Shown here one piece after another: positions 45,340 to 50,724 of a stretch of DNA of 50,724 nucleotides. Positions within the stretch are counted from its first letter, which is position 1. Each line of letters opens with the position of its first letter. The DNA comes from a virus. Taxonomy: Duplodnaviria > Caudoviricetes. The translations under genes and the position numbers were made by a program. The notes below the pieces were generated by a model that saw only the letters and a list, made by a program, of their open reading frames with translations, was not told the origin of the DNA and searched no databases. The stretch spans positions 1-50,724 of IMG/VR virus record IMGVR_UViG_3300027777_000051; one strand, given 5' to 3'.

Positions 45340-45910
45340 GCTCACAGACCAGTTATAGTCTGTGCATTAAGTAGAAGGATTAGAATAATTAACCCGTAAG
45401 ATTGAATGTTCTGCAGAACAACGGTTAAGAGAGTTCAATCATCTTTAATCCTTCTACTTAATGGTTCCGTGGCGGAAGATAGACGCTAGCGCGCCACATG
45501 GTAGAGCATTAAGTGGTCGGCACTCTTTATGAGCATACCATCCACGCAGAACAAGTTTCATCTTGCTGTTTTGACTCATCCAAGTATCGAATCTTGGCGG
45601 AATCATCCCTTTGGCAACAGTGTATAAAGGTTATACGCTAACAACCGGATTAAAACAATAGAGAATGAATAGGCGTTATGTTCTCTAAATCTCTATCATG
45701 CGTTGGTAGATAAACACTGTTGCCGAACATACAGACAGAGGGTGGTCTTCCCGACCTTAATTCTGCTAATCTGGTAGTGCCATAAGAGTAACTGGCACAA
45801 TTTAATTATCCCGCAACGAACTCATGTGCTGTGAGAAATTACATGAATCGCACCAGTAACTCGAATTAACGAGTTCACCAGAGTAGCTCTCTGACTGGCG
45901 GGAGTTCTTT
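45340..45910 (+). ncRNA. Cluster of tandem structured RNA domains
   Basis: Closing stems CATTAAGTAGAAGGATTA/TAATCCTTCTACTTAATG, GGTTCCG/CGGAATC, TTGGCAACAGTGT/ACACTGTTGCCGA, TCCCGC/GCGGGA; no ORF. Confidence 0.65.
45463..45605 (+). ncRNA. tRNA-like RNA with replaced/enlarged anticodon domain
   Basis: Acceptor GGTTCCG/CGGAATC+A, Leu-like D-arm TGGCGGAAGATAGACGC, T-like arm CCAAG-TATCGAAT-CTTGG, about 90-nt structured middle. Confidence 0.6.
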
Positions 45911-45929
45911 CCGTTTAACCATCATAATT

Positions 45930-46580
45930 ATGAAACCCTCAACACTCCGTTACATCCGAACCGAACAAGATGTCTGGGCTTTCTTATGGCGTATCATGCC
46001 TAAAGCAGTCAAAGAATTACAATCTACGAAACAACTAAACAAATATGAAACACAAAATAATCTACTTCATCTACAACAAAGAATCAGGTGATTTCTATTG
46101 CACAGCAGATAATTACAAATTAGCAGAACAAATCATTAAAGACGATTGTGCAGAAGGTAATATATTACAAGACAATATGACAATCACTGAACTTAATCAT
46201 TGGTATGAATAACTCAACTAAAGTTAACACAACTCCCACTATTCGTTTAGTCAAAGGAGTTCCAGTTACCTTCTACTCTCCTGTCCAATTAGAAGCTATC
46301 ATCCCTGTCGAAGAGCGTCTCCCTAAATCTCATGGCTCTATCATGCAACCAGACTACTCTGGACATATCAAGAAACATCAACAAGCGGAGGATTAAACGA
46401 CTTATGAGAATCAAAGAACTAAAACGCAGAATAAAAAATCTAAAAGATTCTGATGATTTTGTGACAGAACAGGGAGAACCATTTAATTGGTTAATTGTTC
46501 GAGGGAATCATAAAGTTATTAGGTGTTGGACAACAAAACAAGCAAATCATCCTAAACTTTATGCACCACACACTAAATAA
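45930..46580 (+). CDS. Run of about four small hypothetical ORFs (ATGs near 45930, 46045, 46205, 46404)
   Basis: Overlapping or abutting short ATG ORFs; boundaries approximate. Confidence 0.45.
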
Positions 46581-46637
46581 CACAATCATGACAGACCTGC
46601 TGATTATTAGTATTAGCATCAACAAGCGGAGGACTGA

Positions 46638-46907
46638 ATGATTACTCCAGAGCAAGTAGTCCAAGCCATCTATCAGACAGAAGGTGGCTCACATACTCGA
46701 TATCCTTATGGAATCAAATCTATTAAAACAAACAATCCTCGACAAGTCTGTGAGAACACTGTTAAGCATGCTCTACATGACTATAAGTTACACAGTATTG
46801 ACCGTGGGTTTATTTACTTTCTTGCTAATAGATATTGCCCTCCTAGTTGTGATTCTGTGGGTAACAGGAATTGGAAAGTTAATATGGTAAGAATACTGCA
46901 TTTATGA
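46638..46907 (+). CDS. Small lysozyme-fold-like protein (putative)
   Basis: AIYQTEGG...YGI and FLANRYCPP...NWKVNM resemble minimal muramidase/transglycosylase-like phage proteins. Confidence 0.5.
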   Translation: MITPEQVVQAIYQTEGGSHTRYPYGIKSIKTNNPRQVCENTVKHALHDYKLHSIDRGFIYFLANRYCPPSCDSVGNRNWKVNMVRILHL

Positions 46908-47141
46908 TTAATTTAACTTTAGTAGAATCTATCACTTATGAAATAGCATGGTTTGAATACTGCTTTCGTAAATGGTGGCAAGAACAACCTACAATTGACT
47001 ACTCAATATGAATTACACAGATACACAACTCAAACAAGCTCTGGCGAAGATGTTGCCGAATAGAGCAGTTGAGTGGAAAACATTTCACGCCACATGGCAA
47101 CAACGCGTGATAGCCCTGTGCAAAGTGAAAGGGATTGAGAT

Positions 47142-47342
47142 ATGAACCTAATGCACGAGTTTAGCCATCCAATGTGGGTAAAAACACCGCTTGGTGAAGG
47201 TTTGGCAATCATGGTTATCGACTACGGAATACACCTAAACAGTTGTTGGGTGGTTGCGTTGGAACAACACGAATGGCAGATTAAACATTTTGATTCTAAC
47301 GATATAAAGCTGAACCGAAACGATACTTGGAAAATACAATAA
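47142..47342 (+). CDS. Hypothetical protein
   Basis: 66-aa ORF, VKTPLGEGLAIMVIDYG. Confidence 0.6.
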   Translation: MNLMHEFSHPMWVKTPLGEGLAIMVIDYGIHLNSCWVVALEQHEWQIKHFDSNDIKLNRNDTWKIQ

Positions 47343-47419
47343 TATCATATGAAACCTACTATACTAACAAACGAACAACTCTGCGACGCAGTTCTTGTCG
47401 CTACCGGAAAGACAACGCT

Positions 47420-47743
47420 ATGACCACACCAACCCCCGAACAACAAGCGAAGGCGACAGAAATAATTGATAAGCACGGTGCGGCAATAGTAGCGGCAATG
47501 TTACAGGCTGACCAAGAGACGCAATTAGTAAATGCGCTTAAGATGCTGCGAAACGAACTCGCCGCCCTCATTGCCAAAGCTGACGAGCGGGAGTTGGCGA
47601 TACAAAATAAAGCACTCCTCTCGGCAGGGAATGAGTTGGCAAAATGTGCGTTAAACATAGGTCACACATCAGTAGGAGTTACTAGCGTGATACTTCGCAC
47701 AGAGCAAGCCCTCACCAACTGGCAGAACTTGACAAAGGAATAA
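47420..47743 (+). CDS. Hypothetical helical protein
   Basis: ATG at 47420 preferred over the TTG start. Confidence 0.6.
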   Translation: MTTPTPEQQAKATEIIDKHGAAIVAAMLQADQETQLVNALKMLRNELAALIAKADERELAIQNKALLSAGNELAKCALNIGHTSVGVTSVILRTEQALTNWQNLTKE

Positions 47744-47772
47744 ACAAACAACATAAACAACATAACAAACAT

Positions 47773-47943
47773 ATGAGTAACATTGCACCAATCTTCTACA
47801 CAAACGACGCTACTACAAAATCAAAAACATTCAGTCTCACTCCTCGTTCTTGGAATCGTGGAGTTAAACCTTACTCAATTAAGGTTCAATCAAAGGCATG
47901 TATTATCTGGAACAGTGGAACTCGTTTCGGCTCTTTCAAATAA
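47773..47943 (+). CDS. Hypothetical protein (56 aa)
   Basis: Read by eye, MSNIAPIFYT...; A-rich leader like other genes. Confidence 0.55.
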   Translation: MSNIAPIFYTNDATTKSKTFSLTPRSWNRGVKPYSIKVQSKACIIWNSGTRFGSFK

Positions 47944-47958
47944 TATAACCCCTAACAA
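47941..47958 (+). promoter_or_regulatory. 18-bp promoter-associated motif TAATATAACCCCTAACAA
   Basis: 53 nt upstream of the sigma54 box at 48012. Confidence 0.7.
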
Positions 47959-48011
47959 TTTGCTATAACTATACGTTCATAGCCATAGCATTTATACCAT
48001 CGCTATTTACT

Positions 48012-48027
48012 TGGCATGGAAAATGCT
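48012..48027 (+). promoter_or_regulatory. Sigma54 promoter TGGCATGGAAAATGCT
   Basis: GG-N10-GC spacing, intergenic; nearest promoter upstream of the helicase-ligase-activator genes. Confidence 0.8.
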
Positions 48028-48112
48028 TATAGACTTTACCGCGACAAGCGAAGTTAGTAGTGAGTCGCAGTAACTAACAAACGAAACAAAACAAAGAAAG
48101 AACATAATACAT

Positions 48113-48745
48113 ATGTCAGAAACCGAACAAAAAACAGATGCACAGATTGTCGCTGAGTCTCCCTTCTCTACCCCGATTACGGTAACTCGTAATGGTGTGG
48201 AAGGAACGCTCGACGTGTTTGTGGGTAAGCGTAACGACTGGAAAGACCGTGCATATCCTGCGTTTCAGATTAAATCTGAGACCTTCAAACAGGGCACGTC
48301 TGAACTCGATACCATTGTGAATGATAAGACGTTCATCAATGACTTGACGTTCATCGGTAAGGACAACATCAAGAAGTTCGTGAATGTTATCCTCCGTCGT
48401 AATGGTCAGGACATGGTGGAAGATGCCATCCCGCAGAGTGGGGATAATGCTGGTGTCTTGCAGTTGGACGTGTTGGTCAAAAGCTGGGAAACCTTGCAGG
48501 CTGCTTCTCTCAAGCTGTCCGAATTGGTGGAACTTTACAACGAAGCTGTTGTCAAGTATCAGGCTGCGACTCCTACGTTCGTTGCAGAGATGACTGCTGC
48601 TGCTGGTGATGCTGAGAAGATGGCTGCTGCTACGGAGAAGTTCCAAGCGTTGTCTAATGCTGTGACTCTCCTGAAGAACGAATACGAAATTCGTAAAGCG
48701 AAACGCAGCAAGGAAGTTCAGGCTGAAACTGTTACTCCTAACTAA
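48113..48745 (+). CDS. Hypothetical protein
   Basis: 210-aa ORF with its own promoter and downstream hairpin; C-terminal coiled coil. Confidence 0.8.
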   Translation: MSETEQKTDAQIVAESPFSTPITVTRNGVEGTLDVFVGKRNDWKDRAYPAFQIKSETFKQGTSELDTIVNDKTFINDLTFIGKDNIKKFVNVILRRNGQDMVEDAIPQSGDNAGVLQLDVLVKSWETLQAASLKLSELVELYNEAVVKYQAATPTFVAEMTAAAGDAEKMAAATEKFQALSNAVTLLKNEYEIRKAKRSKEVQAETVTPN

Positions 48746-48772
48746 TAGTCTGGCGTAGTAAGTTGAGTCAGT

Positions 48773-48821
48773 GAAAGTGCCGGTATAGGTAGAGGGTGAA
48801 CCTCCTTATACCGGCCATTTC
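48773..48821 (+). terminator. Hairpin (terminator or processing site)
   Basis: GCCGGTATA/TATACCGGC stem with inner GAGG/CCTC. Confidence 0.5.
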
Positions 48822-48854
48822 ATTTACACAATTAACATTCGGAACTAACAAACT

Positions 48855-49319
48855 ATGTCAAAAGAACAACAAGACCTATCAACTATACCAACGAGAGATT
48901 TGATATGGGACATTCTCGGAGATGATAAGAATGGATTATCATGCGCCCAGATTACTCCTGCTACTGCAATGGTGCTAGAGAACAAGCTACAAGGTTCGAG
49001 GCTTTGGAAAATAGAATACACGAATGTAGATGGTTCACCACTAGCCTATCCTATGCTATGGCGATATGCAGACTGGGCATCAGCTAACTCGACGTATAAG
49101 AAACAGAAACAGTATGCAGAGGACAGACGTGTTGAGAGTTGGTTGATGAACGCGAATGTAGATATGCTTGCGAAAGCTATTATGAGGAAGTCACCTATCC
49201 CAGAAGATGCAGCGAAGGCAATGGCATATCAATTAGTGAAGAATCCTAATGCGATAGTTGTGATACAATCATTCTTTGGAGTAGAGAAACTTAAAACAGA
49301 TGTGAAGGAGTTGACATGA
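48855..49319 (+). CDS. Hypothetical protein
   Basis: 154-aa ORF; ATGA overlap with the helicase start. Confidence 0.75.
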   Translation: MSKEQQDLSTIPTRDLIWDILGDDKNGLSCAQITPATAMVLENKLQGSRLWKIEYTNVDGSPLAYPMLWRYADWASANSTYKKQKQYAEDRRVESWLMNANVDMLAKAIMRKSPIPEDAAKAMAYQLVKNPNAIVVIQSFFGVEKLKTDVKELT

Positions 49320-50724
49320 CACTAAAAGAAATAAAAGAACAGAAAGAAATAGAGAAGCGACAACGAGCAGTAGTCAAAGGGACGACTAATCGTATCACTT
49401 CTTCGTTTAACTTTGGTAAGATTAAAACGTGGGCAGATGTATATGCTATTGCAGGATACTCTATCGGACAAATGCCTGCGAACTTTGCTGAGGTCGCGAA
49501 GTTCTTAGACGTGAAGAAGTATTGTCAAGACCTTGAGGCGAAACTAGAACAATCAATTAAGGAGAAGTATGAGCAAAAGAGTCCCAACCCTACGACAGAT
49601 AAAGAAAGTTCTGGAGATTCTAAACCAACAAGACCTGAAAATCCACAAATACTCCCTACTAATAAACCAGTCAACATACAAACGCATCCACACTTTCAAC
49701 CTGCAACTGCCGTTTCCCAAGTCGACGAATCAGGCTTCAACAATAGTAACGACTACGGACTCCAACCTTCCGACAAAGAGAAAGCGTTCCTATTCTGGTT
49801 CCAAAAGAAGTGTGTCAAAGAAGCGTATGACAAGATAGTAGTAGAGGGTAAGTCTGCTGTTCTGATTCTAGCGTCTACTGGAACTGGTAAGACGTATATG
49901 CAAGGTGCGTTGGACAGACGATTGCAAGATATAAAGTTCGCAGATAGTAAGACTTGGGGTCATATCAAGTATCTAGCTATCACTCGTAACTCAGTAGTCG
50001 AACAGACTAAGCGTGTGCTACAAACTAAGTTTGGTATCAACCCCAACATTGAGACTGAGGTAATTAACATTGAGAAGTTACGGACGAGAGCAGGACAGAT
50101 GTGGATTGATACTATCCAGACTATTCAAGACGGAGATGAAGTAGAAGTGTATAAGTGGAAGGCTATGGTTAATCCTGCTGTTGTGTATCTTGATGAATGT
50201 CAGAGCATTAAGAATCCTGACTCCACTCAGCACAAGATTATGGTAGCATACTCTCAGCTACCTAACACTACACAAGTATTCATCTCGGCTACTCCATTCA
50301 CCCGTGTGTCAGAGGCAAAGGCGTTTGCTATTGCTACGAAGAAAGACATTACGCATATGGGATTTCCAGAGGGGACTAAACTTTCCGAAGCAACTTGGGG
50401 GACGTATGCTCAGGCTATTGCTCATCCTTCTCCACCAGATGAGTATAATGAGGCAGCGGTGGAACGTCTGATGAAAGATTTGGATGACTATATTGTGAGA
50501 GTTAAGGGAGTCCGGTGGCAATTTAATGCACTGAATAGTGTTGAGATTATTGACTTCGAGAATGAGACTCAACGTAAAGAATATCAAGATGCTTGGGAGA
50601 AGTATCTCGCAAAGAAAGCAAAGCTCGAAGAAGCTGTGACAGACAATCCACGGTTTCAGGCAATGATAGAGTTAGGTATATTCTTAGCTGCTGCTGAGTA
50701 TGCGAAGAGACATATCTTTGCACG
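49316..50724 (+). CDS. SF2 helicase, N-terminal part (runs off the window end, continues at 678)
   Basis: Open frame from ATG 49316: LFWFQKK (Q-motif-like), ILASTGTGKT, in frame with YLDECQ. Confidence 0.85.
   Translation, partial: MTLKEIKEQKEIEKRQRAVVKGTTNRITSSFNFGKIKTWADVYAIAGYSIGQMPANFAEVAKFLDVKKYCQDLEAKLEQSIKEKYEQKSPNPTTDKESSGDSKPTRPENPQILPTNKPVNIQTHPHFQPATAVSQVDESGFNNSNDYGLQPSDKEKAFLFWFQKKCVKEAYDKIVVEGKSAVLILASTGTGKTYMQGALDRRLQDIKFADSKTWGHIKYLAITRNSVVEQTKRVLQTKFGINPNIETEVINIEKLRTRAGQMWIDTIQTIQDGDEVEVYKWKAMVNPAVVYLDECQSIKNPDSTQHKIMVAYSQLPNTTQVFISATPFTRVSEAKAFAIATKKDITHMGFPEGTKLSEATWGTYAQAIAHPSPPDEYNEAAVERLMKDLDDYIVRVKGVRWQFNALNSVEIIDFENETQRKEYQDAWEKYLAKKAKLEEAVTDNPRFQAMIELGIFLAAAEYAKRHIFA
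50048..50724. repeat. Terminal overlap copy B (matches 1-677)
   Basis: See copy A. Confidence 0.95.

Noticed and set aside
49569-49838. 89-aa ORF
   Set aside because: Lies wholly inside the helicase gene (49316 onward) in another frame; no independent support

Overview
The window is an essentially complete, circularly assembled genome (about 50.05 kb unit length) of a podovirus-like tailed dsDNA phage. Positions 1-677 repeat at 50048-50724 as a diverged allele of the same helicase segment. The + strand (about 42650 through the end, continuing from 1 to 13640) carries early and replication genes: SF2 helicase, ATP-dependent ligase, HNH-AP2 endonuclease, Cas4-like nuclease, dNMP kinase, Sak4-like ATPase, a split UDG-like/PolA and a DUF3987-like ATPase. 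The - strand (41905 to 13695) carries terminase, portal, scaffold, capsid, lysis, tail and ejection genes, including a large polyvalent protein with an ADP-ribosyltransferase-like domain. I recognised no RNA polymerase, sigma factor, integrase or primase. The main observation is an apparent sigma54 (RpoN)-based transcription programme. The phage encodes an NtrC-family AAA+ activator with an intact GAFTGA loop but no C-terminal HTH (3177-4091). Seven co-oriented TGGCAYG-N5-TGCT -24/-12 promoters head the major transcription units, and an 18-bp motif (TARTATAACYMYTAACAA) lies beside four of them. Three of these promoters directly precede long ORF-poor structured RNA regions. These include two tRNA-like RNAs with enlarged anticodon domains and an ORF enclosed by a 32-bp RNA stem. 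All calls are by eye from motifs and gene order; no database search or folding program was run.
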